The notes below the pieces were generated by a model that saw only the letters and a program-made list of their open reading frames with translations, was not told the DNA's origin and made no database searches. From Lama glama (Eukaryota): a DNA stretch of 64,000 nt. Both the position numbers and the translations under genes were made by a program. The stretch covers positions 8,310,001-8,374,000 of the forward strand of contig CM052829.1 of NCBI GenBank assembly GCA_028534125.1. Reading direction: 5' to 3'. Positions 1 through 12,236 of this stretch are shown in pieces (position 1 is the stretch's first letter; each line of letters begins with the position of its first letter).

Positions 1-283
1 AGACAAAGACAAATACTGTATAATATCACTTATATGTGGAGTCTAAAAAATACAACAAACTAGTGAATGTAACGAAAAAGAAGCAGACTCATAGATACAG
101 AGAACAAACTGGTGGTTACCAGTGCTGGTGGGGGCAATATAGGGGTGCGGGAGTGGGAGGTACAAACTGTTAGGTGTAAGACAGGCTCACGGATGTGTTG
201 TACAGCATGAGGAATGCAGCCAACATTTTGTAATAACTGTAAATGGAAAGTAACCTTTCAAAATTGAATATGAAAAAAAAAAA
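1..283 (+). mobile_element. LINE-1 3' UTR fragment ending in poly(A); runs off the window's left edge
   Basis: Typical L1 3' end (agacaaagacaaatactgtataatatcacttatatgtggagtctaaaaaa...agaacaaactggtggttaccag), A11 tail at 273-283. Confidence 0.9.
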
Positions 284-1189
284 TCACTGCTAAGAACTCC
301 TGTCCTGAACTGTACTAGGAGCCACCCACCCACACCAGAAGGACAGAGAAAGCATGACATTCTTTCCTCTCATCTCACAAAGTCCAGCCACCCCGTGGAA
401 CAGGGGCTTCTCCCAAACTAGAAAGTGACTTCACTCAGGATCATCACGAAGAGCCCCGGGCAAAGTTGGGAAGCAGGTCGTTTATCTTTTGCTTCCATTG
501 ATCACCCATTCATACCTCTTTCTTCCCTCCCATCCCCCTCCTTCCTTGACAGGCTTCCACAGAGGTGGCAACTTACATCTCCGCCCTCAGATGCCAGAGC
601 CCTCATGTTGAGCCTGGCACATGCCAAGTTCAATTATTTCCTCTACTCCCATTGATGAGAACACAATTGATTGGTAAAGAAATTTGATTTGCATCTGCAG
701 ACCTCTGTTGGTTATTAGCAGATTGCAGTTTAAAAAGAAAAAAGAGCTGTAGCCAGAGCAACAGAGCCTCTCCGTTTGGGCTTTGCACTCTTTTTATTAA
801 GCGGAGGGAAACGGGGAGATAAGGATTCCTAGGAAGCCTGTGCTAGTGACACAGCTGGCAGCGAGGTGGGGTGGGGGGGAATGGCCGTTAGCTCTTGCCC
901 TGGGTTTGTTCAGCAACGCTTAAACCTCATGACTATACACTTCTGAACTGAAAGCCTTTTTAACTGCAGAAATTAACATTAACTTCCTTATTGCAACTGA
1001 GAAACTCTCTGGCCCCAAACTCATTTTTTCACACTGAAATGATAGTTTTTAAAAATCCGTCTTTTACAAACTTGAAAATTCTTAGATACAACTATGATGG
1101 TTCAGCAAAACACAGGTACGGTCCCCATCCCGTTTCCTTTCTCTCTGTTTTCCTCCTTTCTTCCTTAGGAGCAGACTTCCCCTTTTGAC

Positions 1190-1372
1190 AGATCCAGCTT
1201 CTGTTAATTACAAACTGTGTGACCTTAGGTTCATTACTTCTCTCATCCTCAGTTTCCTGAACTGCAAAATGGGGATAATAGTAGTACTTACTACATGGGT
1301 TTGTTGTGTGGGTTAAACTAAATAATAAGCTCATAGACTTAGCAGAATAAGCACTCAATAAATATTAGTTAT
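1190..1372 (+). mobile_element. MIR SINE
   Basis: Core-like ctgtgtgaccttagg...cctcagtttcctgaactgcaaaatggggataatagtagtac and 3' end gcactcaataaatattag. Confidence 0.85.
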
Positions 1373-1467
1373 AAGTCTTCTTGTTTCTTTCTTTGGTCAA
1401 AATTAGATTGTCCTTATGTTCCAATAGTTGAGAGCCCAACTGAGTGCTAGGTCACGTGGAAAGGGAA

Positions 1468-1887
1468 TGTTGCCTGTCATTCCAGGAAACAAAGAATGTT
1501 ACTGCTATCAAGCCATTAGCCACTGCAGTTGCCCCAGCCCCCTTGAAGGTGCGCCCTGGGAGGAATTAAGGATGGAGAAAAGTGGGAAACATTCTATGGA
1601 GTAATTTCAATGAGTCCAGACTCTTGCATCTTCCCATACACAGAAAAGCACTAAAATCATTAACTTGAGATGTCTGGTTTTTGTGATTAGCAGTAATCTT
1701 TTGATGTTTAACTACATATTTTTTTTCCCAGCAAAAACTCCTATACATCCTGGGTCTTCCCTTACCTCTTTGGAGCAGTTCCTCAGAGCTATCAGAGGGG
1801 CTCTCTCCCAGGCTGTGGTTCTCAGTAAGGTCCTCAAATCAAACTTAACTTGCAACTTCCAGGTTGTGTGTTTTTCTTCAGTTGACA
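1468..1887 (+). mobile_element. ERV1-class solo LTR, MER41-like
   Basis: TG...CA termini (tgttgcctg...gttgaca); aligns by eye with 50635-51111 (shared taacttgagat and cagtaatcttttgatgtt, gcaaaaactcctata); MER41-type 3' end. Confidence 0.8.
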
Positions 1888-2132
1888 GTCAACTAATGTG
1901 AAACTAATGTGGGACTATGAAACTATGAAAAGTAATGTGAACAGGATGAAAATGTGATGGTCACCCATTGTACGTGGTGGGGGATGGGAAGAGGGGGAAT
2001 AGTACGTACCCCTGAGGCAGCCTGGGTTCAGCACAAAGGTATTTTTTCATACAATTTATGAGTTAAGTGAACCTCAGGGGTGGCCTTGAACATAAACAGC
2101 AGAAACGGGTGCAGCAGGTGCCTTTCCAACCA

Positions 2133-2250
2133 CAATGAATCTATTAAGTCCTCACCGTGTCCCTGGCACTGTTACAGGTGTCCGAGATAAAAGTCCCTGC
2201 TCCCTTAGAACTTGCAATCTGCAGAGGGTGGGGGAAGACAATAAACTACA
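2133..2250 (-). mobile_element. LINE-2 3' end fragment
   Basis: tattaagtcctcaccgtgtccctggcactgtt...gtccctgctcccttagaacttgcaatct resembles the reverse L2 3' terminus. Confidence 0.65.
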
Positions 2251-3359
2251 AATAAGCATCCAACATGTCCGGTGCTTTAGCAAGTTCTTTGAAGAAAAAC
2301 AAGCCAAACAAGCGTATAAAGAGAAGTGGAAGAGGTTCTTTTATAGAAGAAGGCTTCCCTTTGGTGTTATGATAGCCAATGATATGTCTTTAAATGTTTG
2401 GTTTTTTTAACTTATTTTTGCTGGTTGGCTAATTTGTTGGTTTAATCTTTGTTTCGTTTTGACTCAGTCACTTCTCTCTCTCCAATGCCTGGGAGACACA
2501 ATCTATGTATAATAATGGGACATAGAGTTCATAACTGACGATTTAGTGGGAGTTGGATTGCTAGGATCTGAGCAGGCAGGAAGGGGCGGGAGGCAATGGT
2601 GGAGAGAGGCTGGGGGTTGGTGAGGCTGCACAGATGGCCGGGATGGCACAGGCAGCCAGGGTTGGGCTGCAGCAGGGACTGTTTGCTCCGGGTTCCATAA
2701 AAGACTGTTTGCTCAGTTTGGGTGGTCCTGATTCCCAGAAGGAAGGCTGGGATAGGAGATTGAAATCAGGGTAGGAAAGGCAAGATTGGCTAACCAATTG
2801 GCTTCCAAAATGAGCTCCCAGCCTCCAGGATCACTGATGTCCCCTAAAACTTTACCCTAGGATTTTGCTTTGATTCTCTGACCTGTTATGGACAGACTCT
2901 GGTGTGAGTTCTCAGAAACAGATTTACACTCAGTGTCTGGGCACAAAGTGAACAGTGGTGGGAGTAGGAATAGTGGCAAAGGACTTCTTGCTAGCTTATG
3001 TGTCACTGCTCAAGTCACAGGCTGTGGAGAGTTACTTTTAAAGCTGAAGTCCCACTGACCATGCCAGCTACACAAACACAGGTTCCTATATTCCTTCTTT
3101 GGGAAAGGCAATTCTGGAGACAGTGGTTGTGAAACACAAGTGCAGGACATTCGCCACTACCGCCCTGACTTACAGTTGGAAACTGTGATTTATAACCTCT
3201 GTCCCTTGGGGTCCTATTCTCCCTGAAGCCTTTGGTCAGAAAAGCCACCCACTGCTGAGTGCTGAATGTGAACAGGTGGCCCTGGACTTGAAGTCCTCGG
3301 CTTGACACTCATTTCTGCTGCTTACTCTCTGTGTGAATTCGAGCAGGTTATTTAATCTT

Positions 3360-3489
3360 TTTTTTTTCTGTTCTCTTTTTTTTAGCATTTTTTTATTGAT
3401 TTATAATCATTTTACAATGTTGTGTCAAATTCCAGTGTTCAGCACAATTTTTCAGTCATTCATGGACATAAACACACACTCATTGTCAC
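3360..3489 (-). mobile_element. Young 5'-truncated L1 3' end inserted in a MIR (host ~3290-3590)
   Basis: Poly(T) at left; perfect 17-bp TSD gcaggttatttaatctt at 3343-3359 and 3490-3506; same family as 42183-42311. Confidence 0.9.
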
Positions 3490-5034
3490 GCAGGTTATTT
3501 AATCTTGATCCTCAATTTTCTTTTATACTGATGCTGCCCTGAGGCTTACTTAGAAGATTCAGGGAAACAGTTATCAATAACTATATGCTTGGTGGGCTTC
3601 ACTCCTCGGTGCCAATTTCTTATTGTGGTTCTCAGATCTGTAACAAATTTCCTAGGAAGCTGACCCATGTGATGTGAGTGATTGTTTTATCACTCACATC
3701 CAGTATCTGTCTCTGTTCACTCCTATGGCATTTCTGTCTTCTTTTCCTTCCCAGTCATTCTTCTCTGTCTTCAGTGTTCTTTCTTCATCCTCATTGTATT
3801 TCATTTCAGTCACTTGGTATATTTAATCTCTCAGTGTGTCTCACATCTGTACTCTGGTTTCTCATAATTTTTACAGCACCTCAGCCATTCTTCTGCTTCT
3901 TAAGATCATTAAACCTTTGCTTAAGTCAGGAAATGTCAAAATGCAAAATATTCTTTTAAGCAAATAAATGCATAGAAACTCACAATTCTTACAAACGCAA
4001 GCTCTGCATTAGTTTCAAAATATGTAACCAGTTTAATGTTATGCTTTGTAGAAATGGAGATATTCCAAGCTTGATTTTTTTTAAGTATTAAATAAGTAAC
4101 TCTTCACATGTGATCCTTATAAACAGTCACTATCTCCCAGTTATCTGTCCATGACAACGTTTGTAGAATAACAGTGTGGTTTTCAGTTGGCAATTGTTAG
4201 GTTGTTGACTGGATTTATGTACACAAAAGGCCCAGCCCAGTGCTTGGCACACACTAGGTGTTCAAAAACAGTGGCTCTTTTTCGAGCTAGTTCGGTCTAT
4301 TGGCTGCATTTATTTCACTCACAAAACATTTATTGAGAGCTGTGTGCAAAGAGCTATGGTAGATAAGCTCAAAGTCATGAAAAATGCATTTTGTGCTCCC
4401 TTAGAATTTGAAATATCACAAGTGGTGTCACACTCAGAGGCCCTGTGACAGTCCTGGCTGTCTGTTCACTCTCACTAAATACATGTCCTCTGCTCCTTCC
4501 TAGAAACCAAAGTCTCATGCTATCGCCATGAGAACCACTGGGAAAAATGCTTGTGTTTTAGAGAACTTGTGGTTTCAGAAGTAAGAAGAGGGGAAAAGCT
4601 GTGAAAAGCAGAACAGTTTAGGGGAGTCAGTCAAACCACACCGCTCTGATATCAAACTCCAACACGCTCCCCCTGGGGCTGCTGTGCTTTCCAATCCATC
4701 CCCTGCCTCAGGTGTCTCCCACTGAAATGGGACAATGAGGGACTAATTTAGCATGTTCTCTTAAAAATGTAATTTTTTTTTAGAGGATTAAGGAAATATT
4801 GGTACCTTATACAAAGCCAAGGTTAACAAATTCCAGTAGACGGAATTCATTTAAATGAAGAAGTGAATGATTTTGTAACATGGTTACTTAACTCTGTTAG
4901 AAATCAGATACCTGCGCTCTGAGCAGGGCAGGGTCAGCTAAAACAGAGATCCAAGTTCTTTCTCAGTGGGCTTGTCTACGTAAGTTTCAGTTCCCAGATC
5001 AAAATGAAAATGTTAAAAAATGATTAAGAATTTC

Positions 5035-5580
5035 GAAAGAAAGAAATTAGATCCTTATTTTACAGCATAAACAAAAATTAACTCAAAATGGAGTAAAGAC
5101 TTATATGTGAGACCTGAAACCGTAAAACTTCTAGAAGAAAACAAAGGGAGAAATCCCCTTGACGATGGTCTTGGCAGTGGTTTTTTTGGATACGACACCG
5201 AAAGCATAGGCAACAAAAGCAAAAATAAAGAACAGGGACTATATCAAACTGAAAAGCTCCGGACAGCAAAGGAAAGCATCAGCAAAATAAAAAGGCAACC
5301 TGTGGAACTAGAGAAAATATTTGCAAACCATATATATTTGATAAGGGGCTAGTATCCAAAATATATAAGGAACCCATATGACTCAATAGCAAAAACCCAA
5401 ATAATCTGATTTAAAAATGGGCAATGTATCTAAATATACATTCTTCTAAAGAAGACATACAAGTGGCCAACAGGCTCATGAAAGTCTGTTCAACATTGCT
5501 AATCATCAAGGAAATTCAAATCAAAATCACAGTGAGACATCATCCCACAACTGTTTAGGATGGCTGCTATCAAAAAGATA
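5035..5580 (+). mobile_element. L1 ORF2 C-terminal region fragment, frameshifted and non-coding
   Basis: ORF 5107-5352 contains RPETVKLLEEN...TAKESISKIKRQPVELEKIFANH, recognisable L1 ORF2p sequence. Confidence 0.92.
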
Positions 5581-6575
5581 TCAATTCACAGATTAAGGTA
5601 ATCCAGCATTCTCTAAGCAAAGTAAATACACAGGAAACAGTAATGAGCTACACTATGGTCTAAAAAACCAAAGATAATGAGAAAGACTTCAGAGACTTCA
5701 GAGGCCAAATAAGCAAGAAAAAGGATGACAGCTAAGGTCTCAACATAAATAAGACATATCAGTGAAGCACCAATTTTAAAGTGGTAAAGAAATCTCCTGT
5801 TAAAACAGAATTCTGTATCCAGCAGCAATACTGCTCCAGAATAAAGATTTCTTAAGAAAAGCTTAAGCTAAAACATTTTGTTAGAGATTTAAGTTAGAAA
5901 AAATAACAGAGTGACTTCTTAAGTCCAAAGGAAAATAATCCCAGATTGAAAACTGAAAATGCAGGAAGGAATGAACAAAATGGATAAATAGATAAATATA
6001 AATGAATATCTTTTTATCAAACAATACTAGAACTGTCTCATGGAGATTAAAACATATGTAGAATTAAAATACATGACAAGACACAGGGAACTATTTTCAA
6101 TATCTTGTACTAATGAAAAAGAACATGAAAATAAATATATGTATGTATATGTATGACTGAGACATGCGCTGTATACTAGAAATTGACACAACATTGTAAA
6201 CTGACTATACTTCAATTAAAACAAATTAAATTAAATAAAAAAATACACAAGAGTAATACGAAAGTCAGTACAGGTAACAATAGAATTAATAGTGTCCTAA
6301 GATGTTAGTATTTGGGGGGATGTGGTAAAAGTAATTTTCAAAATTAGACTATATTAAGCATTCATGATTTAATCATCATGTAACTATGCAAAGATTTGTG
6401 TATAACTAACAAGCTTATGAAGGATCCATGAAATAATAAAGTATGTAATTCAAAGTAATTCAAGTAAAGAGATTAACCAGTTAGGTTAAAGCCTGGGGGA
6501 GAAGATGGTTGACATAACCTCAAACTTACCAGCAATTACATGAAATGTAAATGAACAAAATATTTATTTTAAAAA
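5581..6575 (+). mobile_element. Highly decayed old L1 (ORF1 3' part, inter-ORF spacer, ORF2 start)
   Basis: A-rich; agatatcaattcacagatt resembles ORF1 sequence at ~60680; cagaattctgtatccagc and caattacatgaaatgtaaatg match L1M ORF1/ORF2-start motifs. Confidence 0.65.
6080..6243 (+). mobile_element. Young cetartiodactyl-type L1 3' end nested in the old L1
   Basis: acacagggaactattttcaatatcttgt...acaacattgtaaactgactatacttcaatt plus A-rich tail; imperfect TSD aaaatacatgacaag / aaaatacacaag; related to 35639-35880. Confidence 0.85.
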
Positions 6576-6789
6576 AATGGCTGTGTGATACATTCCACAG
6601 AATTGTGAACAGATGTTTTGGGCATTCTTTTATCGAAAAAAAAAAAAAGAATTTCAAGACAGCAACAGGAGAGCATTAAACCAAGTGTAGGGCCCTTTTA
6701 AGCATGAATTCTGTGCCTTTCACCCAGAATGACCTCCTGGACAATTATTATGTTTCTTCACAATTGGGAATTGTCACCTATGATTAGTA

Positions 6790-7150
6790 TAATCAAGAAG
6801 CTTCAAAAGAAGGTGGAATTTGAGCTGTATCTTGAAAGACAGTTAAAATTTCAATTTTTCAAGGTAGAAGGAATGGTGTGAACAAGGACACAGCAATGAG
6901 ACAGTTCAGGCTACATTCCCCTAATGTTGGCTAATTCAAGTTTACTGGGGCAGAAGTTGTCATGTGGGAAATAGAGCTTGGAAGACAGGTAGCGGGCAGA
7001 TTATGACTGCGGGAGGCCATGGGAAATGGTTAAGAAGTATCTTGATGTTTCTGGAAAATGAATCTGGCAACGGTGTGTAGGAGGTACTGGAATAGCCACC
7101 CGAGACGGCAGGAGCGAGATGAGAAGGTCCCTCTGCAGTGCAGATGTTCC
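6790..7150 (-). mobile_element. LINE-2 fragment
   Basis: aatcaagaagcttcaaaagaaggtggaatttgagctgtatcttgaaagac and ggaggccatgggaaatggttaag are L2-like. Confidence 0.6.
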
Positions 7151-7914
7151 TACAGTAGTGACAGCCGCACTGTTTTGAAACGTCCCACTCCCTTCTTTGC
7201 CCTGGGAACTTGGGCTATGACAAGCCATGTGTCCATTAGATTCTTAAAGATCTAGACAAAATTAATAAGAAGGGAAATACCCAAAGGCACATTAAGGAGA
7301 TAAAATGTCTCCTTGGCATGTGGAAATTCAACAACAATTAGATTAGAGGTATTAACATATTTGAAGCAAGGAAGTGCCTTTCAGTAGGAGGGGTCTGAAA
7401 GACTTGGAAACAAAGAAAAGGAGCACCCAACAGCCAAGGCACCTCGTGGGCACCTACCCTTCCCTGGGGCTTCCTGGGCTGGCCTTGTGCAGAAGGAGCA
7501 GCTACCTGGCCTCCTGCAGGTAAACATGTGCAGAGCACGATTAACACCTGTGCTCTGATTCCAAGCTTAGCTGCCTAGAAGGAGAGAAGCTGCTGGCAAA
7601 AGGATTCAAGTGTCCCACACCTACGGTAGTTACAGCCTCCATTATAGGAGAGTAAATTGGCATCCCCAAAGTAGACGTCACTCTCCCGAGCCTGGTTCAC
7701 GCGAGGCTGCCCTGCTGATGCGAAGCTACCATGAAGGTGGTGACAATTCAGCTTCTGAGCCTAGAAGGTGGGCAGCCTTTCTAGGACCCAGGCAGATGCA
7801 CTGAGGGAACTTGGTCCACTGTGGTCCTCGTGGGACAGGCCAGCCTTCCCCAGGGAACATGCCCCTCAGCATTGCTGGCCATCAGGCACCTTCTTACTTC
7901 TTTAAGTGTCTATA

Positions 7915-8071
7915 CAGTTGACACTTGAACATCAGCAGGGGTTGGAGTGCTAACCATCTGGCAGTTGAAAATTCATGTAGAACTTATCAACAGTCCTCAG
8001 TATACATGGTTCCTCTGAATTAGCAGATTCAACCCCTCGCAGATGGTGTAATGTTGTTCAAGGGTCAGCTG
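7915..8071. mobile_element. Tigger2/MER28-like TcMar non-autonomous element
   Basis: TIRs cagttgacacttgaaca / tgttcaagggtcagctg, flanked by TA on both sides. Confidence 0.85.
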
Positions 8072-8119
8072 TATAATGGGATAGAATGGAAAGAAACACC
8101 AAGAGAGATATATTTGTTG

Positions 8120-8325
8120 TTGTTATTTCAATTTCTATTACAGAGAATTTCAAACATTCAAAAGGAGATAGAACGGTAAAATGAACATCAATGTAACCCT
8201 TAACCAGTTTCAGTAACCATCAACCCATGGCCAGTCTTCTCTAACACTCATCCAGTATTAGCCTTCCATATTACATTGAATAAAATCCTAGATATTGTAT
8301 CATTTCCCTGGTAGGTATTTCAGTA
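8120..8325 (-). mobile_element. Old L1 (L1MC/ME-like) 3' fragment
   Basis: atttcaaacattcaaaaggagatagaacggtaaaatgaacatcaatgtaacc...cagtttcagtaaccatcaacccatggcc. Confidence 0.65.
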
Positions 8326-9532
8326 AATAGATATAAGAGACATTGCAAATGAAGAGTATGCAGGACTTAGTGATCAATTATATGCATGCGGAAGGGGAAA
8401 AATTAAGTAACTATGGTTCTAATGCTGCGTGATGGTAATTGCTAGCATTTTCCCAGCACACAGGTACAGTTCTTGGCGCATTAACTATGACCTCTTCTAG
8501 AGAAGGACGAAGACATTAATAGCAACGAGGTGCGAGGGAGGAGCCGGCTCAGACTTCCTTCCTCTGCAGCTGGACTCCTGCAACTCTGGGACTAACAGGA
8601 TCTTTGAAAAGAGAAATTTTAGTGACTATGGCCCAACACCCCTTAAGGCAGAGTCTCAGAAGTGGGGGCGGCAAGGGGGTGAGGGGCAGTGTCAGCAAAA
8701 GTGTAAACTTTTTATTATCAGAGGGTATATGGACTAGACTTCCAGACCCTTTCCTCAAGCCCTTCCTGCCTTGATGCCACATGTTTGCTTGGACTGCTGT
8801 TGTCTAAGTGTTATCCTTCCCACCATATGTTAGCAGGGTTTCTCCGGGTGGGTAGCCCCATCCATCTTATCTCAGGCATCCTCCACCCTGAAGAGGGGTC
8901 TGATTCTAAGCTCCAGGTCCCCCCTCCAGCCCACATTGGCCAGGCTGAGCCTGGCTGAGACTCAGAGGTTGCTATCTGGATGGAAATACTCAAGCAATAT
9001 TTGGCAAGGGGAACAGGGCTCAGGAGAGAGGTTAGACCTGAAGATGAAGATTTAGAGATAATAGAACAGTGAAAAGATATGAGCTATCAGAGGAATAAAC
9101 CGTGGAGGACCAAAGCCCTAGCTCTGTGTAGTATAGACACTAACACAGGAATTCCTAGTAGGTCAGGAATGATGGGGAGAAAGAACCAACTCTTCCTTCT
9201 GTTGTATGATACGGGAACAAGAACAGTGAATTAAAAACTCAGAATTTTTCCCTTTTTGATGCCATGGGGAAACCCTTTTTTTAATTATAAATTTTTAATT
9301 GAAATAAATAACTACGTAAGAGTCTTTTATAGACCTAAAGTCACTTAGATTAGTGACAGAATAAGCATTTAATTTAAATATAAATGACTGTATTTAACAT
9401 AATAAAACCAAAGAAAATTTAATAACCCAATAAAAAGGTTTAAAAACTTAAACATTATTTTAGGTTTTTTTCTCCAAGCCATAACTCCTTAAAATCAGAT
9501 AAAAACTTGAGAAAAGTTGTTAACGTAAACAT

Positions 9533-9877
9533 ATGTTAAGGAATTGGCTCATACAAATGTGGAAGCTTGGCGATTCCAAAATCTGATAGGCTGTCAGGAT
9601 GGAGACTTAGGGAAGAGTGGCAGTTTGGGTTCAAAGGCTGTCTGCAGGCAGGATTTCTTCTTGCTGGAGGATGTCAATCTTTGTTCTAGTCAGGCCTCAA
9701 CTAATTGGATGGGGCCCAACCACATTACAGAGAGTAATCTGCTTTACTCAAAGTTCAACAATTTAAATGTTAATCTCATCCAAAAAACACCTTCACAAAA
9801 ATATACAAAAATAATGTTTGACTTAATATCTAGGCACTGTGGCCCAATGAAGTTGATTCATAAAATTAACCATCACA
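9533..9877 (-). mobile_element. MLT2 (ERVL) LTR, partial
   Basis: Ends in aaaattaaccatcaca (reverse of the MLT2 start); internal aatctgctttactcaaag...atttaaatgttaatctcatc; antisense match to 15772-16070. Confidence 0.88.
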
Positions 9878-10180
9878 CCTAACTTCTGGTGGTTTAGCGG
9901 AAATCACTGTTGTTCTTGGTTTATAGATACACCGCCGTGATCTCCGTCTTTATGTTCACATGATGTTCTCCCTGTCTGCCTCTTTGCTTCCAAAATTTCC
10001 CCTTACTAATAATGATACTGGTCACATGAGAAGCCAACCCTACTCCTAGGTGATATATGACCTCATCTTCGCTAATTACATCTACAAAGACACTATTTTC
10101 ACATAAAGTCATATTCTGAGTTACCGGGATTAGGACTTCAATTTATGACTTTTGCAGAGGGCATAATTCAACTCATCACA
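9878..10180 (-). mobile_element. MLT1 (MaLR, B/C-like) LTR, partial
   Basis: atgacctcatctt...aattacatctacaaagacactatttt...gggattaggacttcaa...cataattcaactcatcaca. Confidence 0.85.
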
Positions 10181-10499
10181 GAGGGTGACCTCCTTGAAGG
10201 CCTTCTTCTACCTGCCCCCTCTCCCTGCGTGGGGTACATGGACCAGCTGCTCCTTTCTTGGCCCAGGTCACCTGGTTCTCTTTTCAACATTCTCCACCTA
10301 TCTCTTGGACTATTTCTCTTTTAAAAATATCCTATCATTTTTAAGCTACAAAAATAATATGTAAGATACAAAAGTACATTGTAAAAGGTTTGAATAAATG
10401 GTGAGAAAAAATTAATAACTGTTAGTACTTTGGCATATGTCCTTCAGATTTCTTAATTTTTCTTTTTCCTCTGCACCATCTATATAATTCCTTAAAATA

Positions 10500-11590
10500 T
10501 TGATACTTGATTTTGTACACCTGACAGGTATAATACAGTGTATCGCTGTGCTTTTAATTTTTTCCTAATTACAAGTCAGGGTAAGCATGCTTTTCTTTGT
10601 TTATAGGCCATTCATGTTTTCTGTTCTGTGAAACTCTTGTTTTTATTTTGGTCCATTTTTCTGTGAAGATATTTGCTTTTTTCTTACTGATTCATAGGAG
10701 AGCTTTTCATTCTGGGAATCATCTCTTTGCCAGTCACATGGGTTACAGATATCTTCCCAAGGCGGGCTTGTTTCTCACTGTATAATATCTATGGATGAAT
10801 TAAGTTTAATTTTAATATGCTCCAATTATGTGTTTTTTTTCACTTATAATTTATGATTTTTATACCTTGTTTGAAAAATTCTTCCTTACTCTGAGGTCAT
10901 AATTTATATTTCCTCCTAAGTCTTAAAATTTTGCCTCTCACATTTATATTTGTCAGGGTAGCCTATGTTCCATTTAATAACAAATGTAAGCCCCAATATT
11001 TTAGACATGTTCTGCAATAAAAGTTCATTTATTGCTCACCCAGAGCAGCTCTCCCAGGCATGTCTGCTCAAAGTGTGACTCAGGGATCCAGGCTGCTTTC
11101 ATATTGGAGTTTCTCCATCCTGTCACTTCGAGCTCACTCAGCTGTCATCCATCTAACTGATGGGGAGAGCAAATGTTGAGGATGCCCACCAAATACTCAA
11201 TCATCTCAAGTTGGGAGTGACGTATTATTTCTGTTTATGTTCCTTCGGCCAGAAATAATCATATGACCAATCTAACTGCAAGGAAGACTTGAAAAAGTAG
11301 GTGAGCATACAGATCACTGTGATCCCTAACAAACAGTAGCTGGCTTAACACTTAAGTCATTGCAGGTTTGCTTTTGTGCATGGTGGCAGGAATCCATTTT
11401 CAGTTTCTTAAATATAGTTAATCACCATTCATTGACCAGGCCGTCATTTCCCCTCTGATCTGCAGTGCCAGCTCCATCATACTGCATGTATGGGTGTGTT
11501 TCTGGCTTCTCCATTCTGTTCTATTGGGGTACTTTCTATCTCTATTTCAATGCCACATTGTCTTAACTACTCTATTTTCACAATATTTTC
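10500..11590 (-). mobile_element. Old L1 (L1ME-like) fragments interrupted by an MLT1-type LTR at ~10951-11340
   Basis: T-rich antisense L1 text (tgtttataggccattcatgttttctgttctgtgaaact; ggtgtgtttctggcttctccattctgttctattgg); MaLR-like block with cagggatccaggctgctttc. Confidence 0.6.
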
Positions 11591-11592
11591 TT

Positions 11593-11747
11593 CTTCTTCT
11601 TCTTCTTCTTCTTCTTTTTTTTTTTGCAGGGGGGAAGGTAATTAGGTTTATTTATTTATTTACTTTTTCAGTGGAGGTACTGGGGATTGAACCCAGGACC
11701 TCATGCATGCCAGGCATGCACTCTACCATTTGAGCTATATCTTCCCC
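11593..11747 (-). mobile_element. Camelid tRNA-derived SINE (Vic-1-like) with (TTC)n tail
   Basis: Reverse reads ggggaagatatagctcaaatggtagagtgcatgcc...ggtcctgggttcaatccccagtacctcc (A and B boxes) then aaataaacctaattacc; TSD caatattttctt / caatatcttctt. Confidence 0.9.
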
Positions 11748-11759
11748 CAATATCTTCTT

Positions 11760-12095
11760 ATCTATTGTAGCAAATAACTCCCAAATTTCAGTGGCTTAAC
11801 ACAGTTTACTTTCCCTACTCACCAAGATATGGGTTAGTTGGGAGGCTGGGGCACATTTTGCTCTGCATAGTCCTTCAGGGACTCAGGCTCTTCCATTTAG
11901 TGGCTTTGCCATCCCCACTGGGGCCTCTGCATCTGCCTGCCATGTAGGGGAAGAGGGAAAACATTTAGACCCACAGTAAGCTGGCCAGATTCAAGCATGT
12001 GGCCTCATTTAATTTCAAGCAAGGCTGGAAATGCAGTCTAGCTGTGTGCCCTGGAGAAAAAGGAAATGACTTGCTTAAACTTATAGTCTCTGTCA
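11760..12095 (-). mobile_element. MLT1-type MaLR LTR
   Basis: gtagcaaataactcccaaatttcagtggcttaacac...tcagggactcaggctc...aaggctggaaatgcagtctagctgtgtgcc. Confidence 0.7.
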
Positions 12096-12236
12096 TAAGA
12101 GACTAAAATAGAACATACCAAAATTGAAATGTAACACATCTTACAAAATTTTCTCTCAATCTTACTCCCCTTTCTCTATTTCCTAACTTGTTCATTCATT
12201 GAATACGTATTCATGGAAAATCCACTAGATTTTTAT

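Larger units (their letters stand above)
4966..6740 (-). mobile_element. MER45A-like hAT-Tip100 element split into 4966-5034 and 6647-6740 by a 1.6-kb insertion
   Basis: Joined halves read caaaatgaaaatg...tgattaagaatttc|aagacagcaacaggagagcattaaaccaagtg, collinear with the second copy at 27517-28155. Confidence 0.8.

Noticed and set aside
5107..5352. ORF with real protein similarity
   Set aside because: A frameshifted L1 ORF2 fragment, not a host gene
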